Of a stretch of DNA of 64,000 bases, positions 11,345 through 24,352 are shown piece after piece; position 1 is the stretch's first letter; each line of letters starts with the position of its first letter. Made by a program: the position numbers and the translations under genes. The notes beneath the pieces are model-generated. The model ran no database searches. It was not told where the DNA came from and saw only the letters and a list, made by a program, of their open reading frames with translations. Source of the DNA: the human T2T-CHM13v2.0 reference genome, Homo sapiens. Location of the stretch: the NCBI RefSeq assembly GCF_009914755.1, contig NC_060947.1; one strand, 5' to 3'.

Positions 11345-14300
11345 TTTAAACTTTTTTAATTCTTAATTTTTGTGGGTAAATAAGTGTATACATTCATGGT
11401 ATACACGAGATATATTCATACAGGCATGCAATGTGTAATAATCCCATCATAAAGAATGGTGTATACATCCCCTCAACCATTTATCTTTTGTGATACAAAT
11501 AATCAAATTATATTTAGTTATTTTAAAATATACAATTAAATTAGTATTGATTATAGTCACCCTTTTGTGCTGTCAAATAGTAAGTCTTATTTTTTCTTTC
11601 TAATGTTTTCTTACCTATTAATTATCCCCACTTCCCCCATGCCCTCCCACTCCCTTTACCATCCTCTGATAGCCATCCTTCTGCTCTTTATGTCTACAAA
11701 TAAAATTATTTTGATTTTTAGGCCCCACAAATAAATGAGAATATGTGAAGTTTATCTTACTGTTCCTGGCTTATTTCACTTAACATAATGATCTCCAGTT
11801 CCATCCATGTTTTTGCAAATGACAGGGTCCCATTCTTTCTTGTAGCTGACTAGTACTCCTTTGTGAATAAGTACATTTTCTTTATCCATTCATCTATTGA
11901 TAGACACTTAAGTTACTTCCAAATTTTGGCTGTTGTGAATTTTGGCTTTAACAATCATGGGAATGAAGATATGTCTTCCTTACACTGATTTCTTTTCTTT
12001 TAGGTATATAACCAGTAGTAGGATTGCCGGATCATATGGTAGCTCTACTTTTAGTTTTTTTGAAGAACCTCCAAACTGTTCTCCGTAAACAGCATACAAG
12101 GGTTCCCTTATCTCCACATCCTCACCAGCATTTGTTGTTGCCTGTCTTTTGGATATAAGCCATTTTAACTGAGGTGAGATGATAGCTCATTGTAGTTTTG
12201 ATTTGTATTTCTCTGATGATCACTAATGTTGCCCACCTTTTCATGTGCCTGTTTGACATTTGTATATGTCTTCTTTTGAGTAACGCCTTTTCAAATATTT
12301 TGCTCATCTTTTGATTGGATTACTAGATTTTTCCTATAGAGTTGTTTGAGCTCCTTATATATTCTGGTCATTCATCTCTTGTTAGATAGGTAGCTTGCAA
12401 ATATTTTCTCCCATTCTCTGAGTTATCTCTTCAATTTGTTTATTGTTTCCTTTGCTACGCAGAAGCTTTTTAACATGATATGATCGCATCTGTCCATTTT
12501 TGGTTTGGTTATCTGTGCTTGTGGGGTATTACTCGAAAAAGGTTTGCCCAGATAAATGTCCTTGAGAGATTTCCCAATGTTTTCTTTTAGTAGTTTCATA
12601 GCTTGAGGTCTTAAGTCTTTAAGCCATATTGATTTGATTTTTGTATATGGCAAGACACAGGGGTCCAGTTCATTCTTCTACATATGAATATCCTATTTTT
12701 CCTAGCACCATTTATTTAAGACATTGTCTTTTCCCAGTATATGTTCTTGGCATCATTGTTAGAAACGAGTTCACTGTCAGTGTGTGGATTTTTTTCTGGG
12801 TTCTCTATTCTGTTTCATTGGTGTACATGTCTGTTTTCATGCCAGTAACATGCAGTATTGATTACTAAAGTTCTGTAGTATAATCTGAAGTCAGGTAATG
12901 TGATTCTTCCAGTTTTGTTCTTTTTGCTTAGAATAGCTTTGACTACTCTGGATTTTTTGTGGCTCCACATACATTTTAGGATTGTTTTTTCTGTTGCTGT
13001 GAAGAACATCATTTGTATTTTGATAGGGGTTGCATTGAATCTGTAGATTGCTTTGTGTAGTGCAGGCATTATAAAAATATTGATCCTTCCAATCTGTGAA
13101 CATGGAATATTTTTCCATTTTTGGTGTCCTCTTAAATTCTTTTCAAATTGTTTTATAGTTTTCATTAAGGAGATCTTTCACTTCCTGGGTTAAGTTAAAT
13201 CCTAATTATTTAATTTTACTTATGGCTATTGTAAATGGGATTACTTTTATTATTTCTTTTTCAGGTTGTTCACTGTTGACATATTTAAGTGCTACCGACT
13301 TTTGTATGTTGATTTTGTATCCTGCAGTTTTACTGAATTTTTTTATCAGTTCTAATAGTTCTATTGTAAGTCTTTATGTTTCTGCAAATATAAGATGATA
13401 TCATGTGCAAACAAGGATAATTTGATTTCTTACATTCTGATTTGGATGTCCTTTATTCCCCTATATTATCTGATTGCTCTAGCTAGGATTTTCAGTAATA
13501 TGTGGAATAACAGTGGAGAAACTGGGTATCCTTGTCATGTTCCAGATGTTAGAAAAAATGTTTTCAGTTTTCTCTCATTCAGTATAATACTAGCTGTGGG
13601 TCTGTCATATATGATTTTTATTATGTTGAGGTATGTTCTTTCTATTCTCAGTGTTGTCAAAGTTTTTATCATGAGGGATGTTAAGTTTTATCAAATGCTT
13701 TTTCAGCATCAACTGAAATGATTATATGGTTTTTGACCTTCATTCAATTGACATTATGTATCAAATTCATTGATTTGCCTATGTTGGTGCATCCTTGCAT
13801 CCCAGGGATAAATCCCACATGGTTATGATGAATGATCATTTTAATGTATTATTGCATTTGGTTTGCTAGTATTTTTGAGGATCTTTGCATCAATATTCAT
13901 CAGGGATATTGACCTGTAATTTTCTTTTTTTTGATGTGTATTTGTCTGGTTTAGCTGTCAAGGTAATACTGGTCTTGTAAAATGAGTTTGGAGGTTTTCA
14001 ATTCTTACCTACTTTTCAGAATAGTTGAAGGATTGGCATTAGTTCTTTCTTAAATGTTTAGTAGAATTCAGCAGTGAAGCCATTAGGTACCAGGCTTTTC
14101 TTTACTGTGACAGGTTTTAGTACAGCTTCGATTTCCTTACTTGTTATTGCACTGTTCAGATATTTGATTTCTTCATAATTCAATGCTGGTATGTTCCACG
14201 TGTCTAGGAATTTGTTAATTTCTTCTAGATTTTCCAATTTACTAGTATATAGTTGCTCATAGTAGCCACTAATGATCCTTTGAATTTTGTCAGTAGTAGC

Positions 14301-17300
14301 TGGAATGTCTCCTTTTTCATTTTGAATTTTATTTATTTGTATATTCTCTCATTTTTTCTTAGTCTGGCTAAAAGTATGTCAATTTCGTTTAACTTTTCAA
14401 AAAAGTAACTTTTGTTTCATCTTTTGTATTGTCTTCTTCATTTCAATTTTATTTATTTCTGTTCTGATCTTTATTAATTCTTTTCTTCTACTAATTTTGG
14501 GTTTGATTTGCTCTTGCTTTTCTAATTCTTCAAGATCCATCATTAGAAAGTTTATTTGAAGTTTTTTTTTTTTCTCTTTTTTTGATGTAGACACTTACAG
14601 CTATAAAATTCCCTCTTAGTACTGCTTTTGCTGTACTAGGTTTTGGTATGTTGTGTTTCCATTATCATTTCTTTCAAGAAATTTTTCAATTTTCTTCTTA
14701 ATATCTGCACTGACCCACTGGTCATTCAGAAGCATATTGCTTAATTTCCATGTATTTGTATAGTTTACAACATTCTTCTTATATCAATTTCTAGTTTTAT
14801 TCCCTTGTGGTCAGAAAAAATGCTTGATATTATTTCAATTTTTTGAATGTTTTAAGACTTGCTTTGTTACTTGCTTTGCTATGTGTTGAGGAAAAGAATG
14901 TTTAGTCTCTTTAGCTCTTGGATGAAATGTTCTGTTAATGTCTATTAGATCCCTTTGTTCTATAGTGCAGACAGACTAAGTCCAACGTTTCTTTGTTGAT
15001 TTTCTGTGTGGATGATCTGTCCAGTGCTGAAAGTGGACTGTTGAAATCTCCATTTGTTATTGTATTGGAGTCTGTCTTTTTAGCTCTAATGATATTTGCT
15101 TTATATGTCTGCGTGCTTCACAGTTGGTGCAAATATACTTAAAGTTGTTATATTCTCTTTCTAAATAGACCCCTTTATCATTATATAGTGATCTTCTTTG
15201 TCTCTTCTTAAAGTTTTTTCTCAAAATCTATTTTGTCTGATATAAGTATACTGCTCTTTTTTGGTTTCCATTGGCATGGAATATCTTTTTCTATCCCTTA
15301 ATTTTCAGTCTGTGTGTGTGTCTTTATACGTTAAGTGTATTTCTTGTAGGCAACAGCTCATTGGGTCTTGTTTTTTTAATCCATTCAGCCACTCTCTGGC
15401 TTTTGATTAGTTTAGTCTATTTACATTTAATATTATTGTTGATAAGTAAGGACTTCTGCCATTTTGTTATTGGTTTTCTGGTTGTTTTGTGGTTTTTCTT
15501 TCCTTCCTGTCTTCCTTCAATGAAGGTGATTTTCTGTGGTGTTATGATTTAGTTTCTTGATTTTTATATTTTGTGTATCCATTGTATGTGTTTTTGGTTT
15601 TAGGTGACCATGAGGCATGCAAATATTATCTTATAACCCATTACTTTACACCAATAACAACTTAACACTGTTTGCATAAATAAGCAAACAAACAGGAACA
15701 AAAGTTATAAAGCCTCTAAGCCTTGTGTTCATCTCCCCGCTTTTCAATATTTTGTTGTTTCTATTTTTGTCTTATTGTACTGTGTAGGTCTTGAAAAGTT
15801 TTTGTAGTTCTTATATTATTTTTGACTCATTCACATTTAGTCTTTCTATTTAAGATAAAGTGAACTTACACACCACAGCTACATTTTAGTAATATCCTGT
15901 GTTTTCTGTTTACTTAGTATTACCAGTGAATTTTGTACCTTGAGATGATTTCTTATTGTTCATCAATGTCCTTTTCATCCTGATTGAAGTACTCTCTTTG
16001 GCATTTCTTGTACAACAGGTGTACTGTTGATTAAATGTTTCAGCTTTTCTTTGTTGGGGAAAGTCTTTATTTCTCCTGCATGCATGAAGGGTATTTTTTT
16101 GGAATATGCTATTCTAGGGTAAAAGATTTTTTTCTTCAGCACTTTAAATATGTCATGCCACTTTCTCCTGGCCTGTAGGGTTATCATTGAAAACTCTCCT
16201 GCTAGATGTATTGGAGCTCCATTGTGTGTAATTTGTTTCTTTTCTCTTACTGCTTTTAGGGTTTTTTCTTTATCCTTGATATTTGGGAGTTTGATTATTA
16301 AATGCCTTGAAGTAATCTTCTTTAGGTTAAATGGGCTTGGCATTTTAGAACCTTGTTGTACTTGAATATTGATATCTTTGTCTAGATTTGGGACGTTCTC
16401 AGTTATATCCTGTTGAATAATCTTTCTTCCACTATCTCTTTCTCTATCTCCTCTTTAAGGCCAATAACTCTTAGATTGGCCCTTTTCAGGCTATTTTCTA
16501 GATCCTATAGGCATGCTTCATTGTTTTTTGTTCTTTTTTTTCTGTTATCTCCTCTGACTGTCAAATAGCCTGTCTTCAAGCTCATTAATTCTTTTTTCTT
16601 CCTGATCCATTCTGCTATTTACAGTCTCTGATGCATTCTTCAGTAAGCCAGTTGCATTTTTCAGCTCCAGAATTTCTGATTGATTATTTTTAGTTATTTT
16701 GATCTCTTTATTAAATTTGTCTGTTAGAATTCTGAATTCCTTCTGTGTTATATTGAATTTCTTTGAGTTTCTTCAAAACAGCTATTGTGAATTCTGTCTG
16801 AAAGGTCACATATCTCTGTTTCTCCAGAATTGGTCCCTGGTGGCTTATTTAGTTCATTTGGGAGGCCATATTTTCCTGGATGATTCTGATACTTGTAAAT
16901 GTTTGTCTGTATCTAGGGACTGGAGAGTTAGATATTTATTGTCTTCCACTCAGTCTGGGTTTATTTGTACTCATTCTTCTTGGGAACACTTTCCAGGTAT
17001 TCAAAATGACTTGGATATTATGATTTAAGCTGTATCTACTTTAGGGGACACCCCAAACCCAATAATGCTGTGGTTCTTACAGACTCATAGAGGTACCACC
17101 TTGATGGTCTTGGACAAGACCCAGGATAATTCTCTGTATAACCAGGCAGAGACACTTGTGCTCTTCCCTTACTTTCACTCAAACAAATGTAGTTTCTCTC
17201 TGTTTGGAGCCACATGGAACTGAAGTTGGAGTGACACCAGGAACACTGTGGCCACCACCACTAGTGCTGTGCTGAGTCAGACCTTAAGCCAGTGCAGCAT

Positions 17301-18935
17301 GGGGTCTTCCCCAAGATGTGCTGTAACCATTCCCTGACTATTGCCCATGTCATCTCAAGGCCCTGGTTCTCTAATATCAGCAGATGGCAAATCCAGTTAG
17401 ACCAGTGTCATTCCCTTCAGGACAGTGAGTTCCCCAGGCCCTGGGTTGGTCCAAGGGTGCCGTCTAGGAGTAAGGGACCAGAGTCAAAAACCATAGCTGT
17501 CTACCTGGTGTTTTATTGCACTGTGGCTGAGCTGGCACTCTAACCAAAAAACACAGTCCTTCTCACTTTTCCCTCCTTTTTTCAAAGGCAGAGCAGCCTT
17601 ACCCCATGGCTGCCACCACCTCAGGCCCATGGAGAGTACTGCCAGACTACCACTGATGTTCTGTTAATGTCCCAGGGCTCTTCAGTCAGGTTTTGGTAAA
17701 TGCTGCATAGCCTGGGACTCACACTTCACGGTAGTAGGCTCCATTTTGGCCCAGAGCAAGTCCAAAAATACTGTTCAAGGGCCTAGTCCTGGAATTGGGG
17801 ACCACAAGAGCATGCTTTGTATTCTACTCCCCTGTGGCCAAGCTGATACCTGACTGGCAAGACAAAATGTCCTTTACTTTTCCCTCCAGTTTTCTCAAGC
17901 AGAAGGAATTTTACCCCATAGCCACCACAGTTGATTATGTTTTGAGTCTCACCTTAAGTCAGCAAGTCTCAAGAGGCTCACACAGGGCCCTCTATGTAGT
18001 TCCTGGATATTACTGCTGGTAATATCCAGCTCTTCAGTTAGCTGGTGCTGAATCCTGCCAGGACTGGGTTCTTCCCTTCGAGGCAGTGTGTTCCCTTCTG
18101 GCACTGGGTGTGTCTAGAAATATCAACCAAGAACTAAGGCCTGGAAAGGGGGCCTCATGACTCTGGCTGGTGCCTTATCCTACTGTGGCTGTGCTGGTAT
18201 CCAAGATGCAAGAAAAGTTATCCCGACTCTTCCCTGTTCTCTTTTCATGCAGAAAGAAGGGGTCTCTTTTGGAACCATGAGCCGTGTAGCCTGGGGTTAG
18301 GGGAGGGGTGATGTCAGTATTCCTTTAACAATTCCCACTGATTTCTCAGTAGGTCTTGTGCCCCACCAGTCCACTGTCTTTGGGCCCAGTCAGTACCAGA
18401 ACTTGACTAGGAGTTGCAGTCTTTGTGGCCTAGACTGCATTTCAAGTTTATTCAGAGCCCCAGAACACTTTAGTCCATGGTGGTGAGTCTTGTCAGAACT
18501 CAAGTTTTGACTGCTGGGATGGGCAATTGCCCTTCTGGCTAGGGCTGGTTTAAATACTCCCCCCCATGGTTGGGCGTCAGCTGAGTTTGTTTCAGTTTTG
18601 TTTTCTATTATAAGAGGTCAGCACTGAGTTCAGTCCTTCACAACTGCTGTGCCCTCACACTCCCTAGAACACAGAAACACTCTCTACACACCACCCCTGC
18701 TGGAGGTTGGGAACAGAGTGGTATTGGTGATTCAAGACTGTTTTTCCTATCTCTATCTCTTCATTGCCTCTTTAAGTGGTATGAAGTTAAAACCAGGTAT
18801 GTTGAGGGCTTGCCTGATTTTTGGTTCTCGTGAAGGTGCTTTTTTATGTGTAGATAGTTGTTAAATTGGTGTCTTTGTAGGGGGATGATCAGTAGAGCCT
18901 TCTATTCCACCATCTTGCTCATCTTGCTCCAACCC
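11345..18935 (-). mobile_element. Near full-length L1MA2-like element (~7.6 kb), ORF1 and ORF2 decayed
   Basis: 3' end TAATTTTTGTGGGT...ACAGGCATGCAATGTGTAATAATC; ORF2 fragments ([24 protein letters not shown]); ORF1 fragment 15975-16343 (RHLIIKLP...LQARRKWHDIFKVLK); long 5'UTR ending GAGCCTTCTATTCCACCATCTTGC. Confidence 0.92.
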
Positions 18936-18944
18936 AAGTTTTTC

Positions 18945-19549
18945 TAATTTTTTTAACTTTTAAACTTTTGTGTTTAAAGGGAAGACATAAACACACATAT
19001 TTGCCTAGGCCTACACAGGGCCAGCATCATCAATATCACTGTTTTCCACCTCCATATCTTGTTCTACTAGAAGGTCTTCAGGGGCAATAACATGCATAGA
19101 GCTGTCATTTCCCATAATAACAATACCTTCTTCTGGAATACCTCCTGAAAGACCTTCCTGAGATTTCTTCAGTCATTTTTATAGTAGAAGGAGTACAGTC
19201 TAAAATAACAATAAAAACATGGTATAGTATAATAAATACATCAACTAGCAACATAGTCATTTATTATCATTATGAAGTATTATTTAATATGCATAACTGT
19301 ATGTGCTATACTTTTATATGACTGGCAACACAGTAGGTTTGTTCACACTAGCATCACTACAAACATATGAATAATGTGTTGTTCTATGATATTATGATGG
19401 CTATGATCTCACAATGCTTACAACAGCATGATTGCTGCAATATCACTAGGTGATAGAAATTTTTTTGCTCCATCACAATCTTATGAGAGCACTGTCATCT
19501 ATGTAGTCCTTCAGTGACTGAAATGTCTTTAATATTGTGCATGATCATA
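18945..19549 (+). mobile_element. Tigger3/Tigger3b (Golem) DNA transposon fragment
   Basis: GCCTAGGCCTACACAGGG...AAGGTCTTCAGGGGCAATAACATGCAT; terminus TCACTAGGTGATAGAAATTTTT...TGCATGA; strand tentative. Confidence 0.8.
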
Positions 19550-19551
19550 CA

Positions 19552-19983
19552 ACGAACATAGTGGCTTAAAATAATACAAATTTGTTACTTAGAATTCTGG
19601 AGATCAGAATTCTGAAATGGGGCTCACTGAACTAACATCAAGGTGTCATCAGGGCTGTGTTCCTTTTCTAGCTTCTAAGTGTCACCTACATTTCTTGGCT
19701 CATGGACTCCTTTGTCTTATCTTTAATGGCAGCAGTGGCCAGTTGAGTCATTCTTATAACACATCATTCTGACTCATTTTGCCTGCCTCCCTCCTCCACA
19801 TTTAAGGACCCTTGAAATTACACTGGACCCATCTAGATACTTCATGATAATATCCCCACTTTAAGGTTAACCTTAATTCCATATATTATCATAATTCTCC
19901 TTTTCCATATAAAGTAACATATTCACAGGTTCTGAGGATTAGGATGAAAAGCATCTCAGGAGGCCATTATTTTGCCTACCATA
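19552..19983 (-). mobile_element. MLT1D-like MaLR LTR
   Basis: GTGGCTTAAAATAATACAAATTT...TTCTGGAGATCAGAA; ends GGCCATTATTTTGCCTACCA. Confidence 0.8.
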
Positions 19984-20130
19984 AAGTCCAACTGAAGCTG
20001 CTCTTGGATAAGGACTAATACACTAAAGAGTGACATCAAGGTCCTTCATGAATAGTGGATATTTCTCTTTATCACTGTACCATCACTAGCCAGTTAAGGC
20101 TCCATTCTGGACCCTTTACCGCTATACTCT

Positions 20131-20925
20131 TGTGAGGTTACTCAATAACACATGATTTCAACTGCTCAGTATTCCTGCACCAACTCTCTAACATCTACTG
20201 GGTATCCCAAAATTCGATTCAATTCTGGCAATAACCACCTGTGACTAGTACAGATTCCACAGATTAAGGGCAAAGTCTTTCAATTCTGACATCAACAATC
20301 TGGAGTTAGTGTAGATGCTCACAAGTTAAGGGCTCAGTCCCAAAAGACTGTCCCCACTTCAGATACCAGCCACAAATATCATTTTCCCCAAACAACTCAT
20401 TCTACTGCCTGGCCAGCTACAAGTACATGGGTTCCCATGATCTCTTTCTGGGCTAAATAATTTGCTAGAAAGTGCTGCACTTGTGACTACCATTTTATTA
20501 TAAATAATACAGATGTATAGCAAAATGAAGAAATACATAGGGCAAGACATTGGGGAGGGGAGTGGTGCAGAGCTTTCATGCCCTTTCCTTATGGAATCTA
20601 GGCATGTCTTCCTCTTTAGCACATTGATGTATTCACCAACCTTGAAGTTCTCTAAGCCTCATGGTTCCAGGATTTTTATATGAGGTTTCATTAGTAGACA
20701 TGATTCATTAAATCATTGACCACATGATTGAACTCAATCTGTAACCTCCTTGAATATCTCCTTCGTTCAGTCCCAATTTTCTAATAATAAAGCTGATTTT
20801 TTGGCAACCAACCATCATCCTGAAGCTACCCAGTTCTACTCCCTATGAGTCACCTCATTATTGTAACAAAGACAGTCCTATCACTTGGGAAATTCCATTC
20901 CCAAATATATTTTTTATTTTACCAC
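20131..20925 (-). mobile_element. MER21-like solo LTR
   Basis: CGATTCAATTCTGGCAATAACCACCTG, CACAAGTTAAGGGCTCAGTCCCAAAAGACTG, ending TTTTACCACA. Confidence 0.8.
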
Positions 20926-21103
20926 ACCCTCTATGCTAGTGACACCAAAAGATTTTATTTTCTCTGGAAGTCACTAAGATAGCTTCACATAAGACATCCA
21001 ATCAATTTCCAAACCCAGTGTCACCAGAATCAGGTGGAACGTCTGTCCCAAGTTCTTTCTTTATTTCCCTGCACTGTAGTAAGTATTCAAGAAATATTTG
21101 GTG

Positions 21104-21209
21104 AAAAGAAAGAAAGAAAGAAGAGAAGAAAAGAAAGAAAGAAAGAAAGAAAGAAAGGAAGGAAGAAAGAAAGGAAGAAAGAAAGGAAGGAAGAAAGAAA
21201 GAAAGAGAA
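21104..21209. repeat. (GAAA/GGAA)n polypurine microsatellite
   Basis: About 105 bp of A/G only; follows an L2-like tail (AAGTATTCAAGAAATATTTGGTGAA). Confidence 0.95.
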
Positions 21210-22404
21210 ATTACCCTTAAGAAACTCTAAATATTGTAGACAAAATAGATACATGAACAAGTCACTTTCATACAATCTGGGAGACCAGGGAAACTTTCAC
21301 AGAAAATGGAGTAAGTTTAGAAGGATGAGTGTTAGTCAAGTGAAGGAATGTAAGAAGTGGGTTCTAGACAGAGGACTTATCTTGAATAAAGATGTAACTG
21401 AATAAGCAGTTTTCCATGGTGTCAACCACTTATTTTCTTATCCATTCTTTCCAGTTCTATTCCTGTGGCTTCCATCCCCTTACCAACTAGTTCCGTTTAG
21501 ATTGGGCTATCGCATAGCCTCTCAGAGACCTTTCTATCTTCAAATCTCCTTGAACTGCTGTCTCAGATCACTGTAGTGCAGTGTGCATAGGTCAGCCAGA
21601 ATCTTTCTGGAGTATTTGGATGTCATTCCACTGTTCAGATACTCAAGGTAGTTAGTGCTCAAATTGAACTGAATCATAGGACACCCAGTTGATGTCAGAG
21701 AATAGGTGCAGGAATAGAAGATCCAAACTTATGTGTCAAAGTCCTCTCTAGCTAACCCCTCCTTACTGAACTTCCTTCAGTTCCTGCTAGTGTCTTCCCT
21801 CAGCTTTTGCTACTGTCTGACCTGAACTTTTTGTTCCAGCCACTTTGTTTCCTGAGTGAGAAAATATGACTTCCTTATTCCCATTTCTGAACCATCCCAC
21901 AGGCCAGGAATCCCCTCTCTTCTCTTACCTCTCCTCCTTGAACACAGCTCTGGCAAGAGATCAAACTGATACTGAAATAGAGCCCATTGTAGTAAGCAAA
22001 ATGTGAGTCAGCTCCCTACAGACCTGGAACAGGCAGAACAACTTTGTGTGGGCACTTGTGTCTCCAATTGGTAATTCTGGGCCAGCTCTAATCTCAAAAT
22101 CCCCTGAGGACTCCTGGGAGAGAGAGCTCAGGCAGTTCAGATCTCATGAGATTAGGTTCAATATACTGAGGCTACCTCCCTAAAGATGTGAGTTGATAAA
22201 GTTTGTCTGTTGAAGTGCCACTGGCCCTACTGTCTTCTTTTATATTTTTCCTCTTTTAAATCTTATAGCTCTAATCCAGTACTCACCATCACTTCCTTTC
22301 ATCCTGACAAGAAGAAAAGGGAAGCCAATAATATTATTCATATTACAGTCTTGGGGACTGAATCTACTATGTTTCACAAGAGGATGTCAGGGGGTTGAAA
22401 GGGA

Positions 22405-22530
22405 CCTTTGCTACTTACTGGCTATGTGATCTCAGGCAAAGGACTTGAGTGCTCTTTGCCTCAGTTTCCTCATCCATAAAATGGGGATACTAGGAGTACC
22501 TATGTTACTGTTAGCTATCATTGTTATTAT
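22405..22530 (+). mobile_element. MIR
   Basis: TGCCTCAGTTTCCTCATCCATAAAATGGGG. Confidence 0.8.
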
Positions 22531-22799
22531 TGTCTGTCAGTATCCTATACAGCAACCCTGCCTAGCAATTAGCTAGCTTGTGCTTTAGTGTCTGCTATGA
22601 TGGGAGCACTATACCTCCTAGGACAGTTCATTTATTTGGCAGTTTTATAAATATAGAAAGAAGGAGCTGTATTTGTAGGAGAAGAATGGGTCTTTCTCAG
22701 ATTTCTAGAATAAAGGTTGTCTACCACGGGTTTGTGAGGCTAGTTAACTCCTCCTGAGACCAATGCTTACCTAATTGTTATTGCTGTAGAGTATTTATA

Positions 22800-23165
22800 G
22801 TAATAATAATAATTCTTCTGTTGAGCATTTACCATGTGCAGGCATTGTGGTAAGTATTTTATATGCATTATCTAAACTAGTCCTTGTTATTGCTCTAATT
22901 ATTATTATTTTATTAATTGGTAAAATTTAGATAGTGCCCATTATGAGCCAGGTACTTTTCTAAGTGCTTTACTAATTAAATCACATAAAAATCATAAGAA
23001 GTAGGTACTACCATTTGTTCACATTACAGATGAGAAAGCTGTGGCTCTGAGAGATTAAGTCACTTGCTCATACAGTTGGTCATACAACTGGTAAGTGGAG
23101 GAGCCAGATTTTGAGTCTAAGCAATATGGCTCCAGAAAGCACTCCTTAACTACTAAATCATACTA
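22800..23165 (-). mobile_element. MIR (two 3' ends in tandem)
   Basis: TTGAGCATTTACCATGTGCAGGCA; TTACAGATGAGAAAGCTGTGGCTCTGAGAGATTAAG. Confidence 0.75.
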
Positions 23166-24104
23166 CATTCTTTATAATGCAGCAATTCTAATATACACAG
23201 TCTCAGGGAGAGTAACAACTGCCTACATTCTCTTGTACTTACGGTTTCTGCCCCCATGCCACCCCTGCCACCATGAGGAAACTTTGCTTTACTGTTCATT
23301 TTACCTCAGATGTTCTCTTAGGGATTATTCCCATATTCCCATCTTTGCTAACGATTAATTGTGCTATGTAAGACAAATTGTTTGATGCCTTTAATTCTAA
23401 GTTTTCTCCACTGTAAAACAGAAATTATATCCACCTGGCAGTAATATTGTTATTACTCTCTGCCACAGTCCATACCAACCAGCCCAAGCCACCCCACCCA
23501 CACACTACTGAGTTGGCAGCCAATAAAGCCAAATACCTGCCCTCAGGGACCCTTTCATGGCAGTCACAGTGAACCTACTCAAATTGCTGCTGCTCTAGCT
23601 CCTCATTCCCTCTGGACTGGTCCCTGTAGGTACATGCCTTCTGAACTTGGCTATGCATCCTGTGTCCATCCTCACACTGCTATCCCAGACATGATCATCT
23701 CAAGTCTTCTCATTTGTTTCTTCAGTGCTTCTCATGCAAAGGTTTGCATTCTTCCTCTGGTTCTGCCTGTTCTTGGCTGTTCCAGCTATCCCCTGCCCAG
23801 CCAAGTCCCAGACCTACCTATCAATGGGTCAACCCTGGGCTACTGCCAAGGGCCATCAGACTAAACCTCTGCTAGTACATGTTATGCAACAATATGACTT
23901 CTTTCCCTGGTTTATCTATGCTGAGTTCCCATTTAGGAGTTTCCTACATCTAGAATGCACCTTTAACCCAACAATTGGAGTAATGATTTCCATCCTTGCC
24001 ATTTTTCTGCATTACTAAACACCATCCCAACCCCTGTAGATTTCAAGCACTTGGAGAGATCATTCAGATAGGAGATTCTATCCAGCTTTCTTCCAGTAAA
24101 AATA

Positions 24105-24352
24105 ACCATTACTACTTATTAAACATTTACTATATGCCAGACACAGTGCTAAGCAGTTTACATGCATTCCTTCACTTAAACTGTCCAACAATCTTAGGTG
24201 ACAAATATCATTATCCTCATTTTCCTACTGTAGAAAAAATGAGACACAGAAAGGTTGAGTGACTCACCTAAGATCACACAGCCATCATGTGGCAGAGCTG
24301 GGATCTGAATTCAGATTGTATGCTTTTAAGATTAACACCTTTAATCACTGAA
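24105..24352 (-). mobile_element. MIR, near full length
   Basis: TTACTATATGCCAGACACAGTGCTAAG...TGAGACACAGAAAGGTTGAGTGACTCACCTAAGATCACACAGC. Confidence 0.8.

Noticed and set aside
17380-18300. Roughly 330-bp repeated units in the L1MA2 5'UTR
   Set aside because: Also present in the second copy (~48150-49050); intrinsic to the family's 5'UTR
21034-21405. K/E/R-rich 123-aa ORF
   Set aside because: Translation of the GAAA microsatellite
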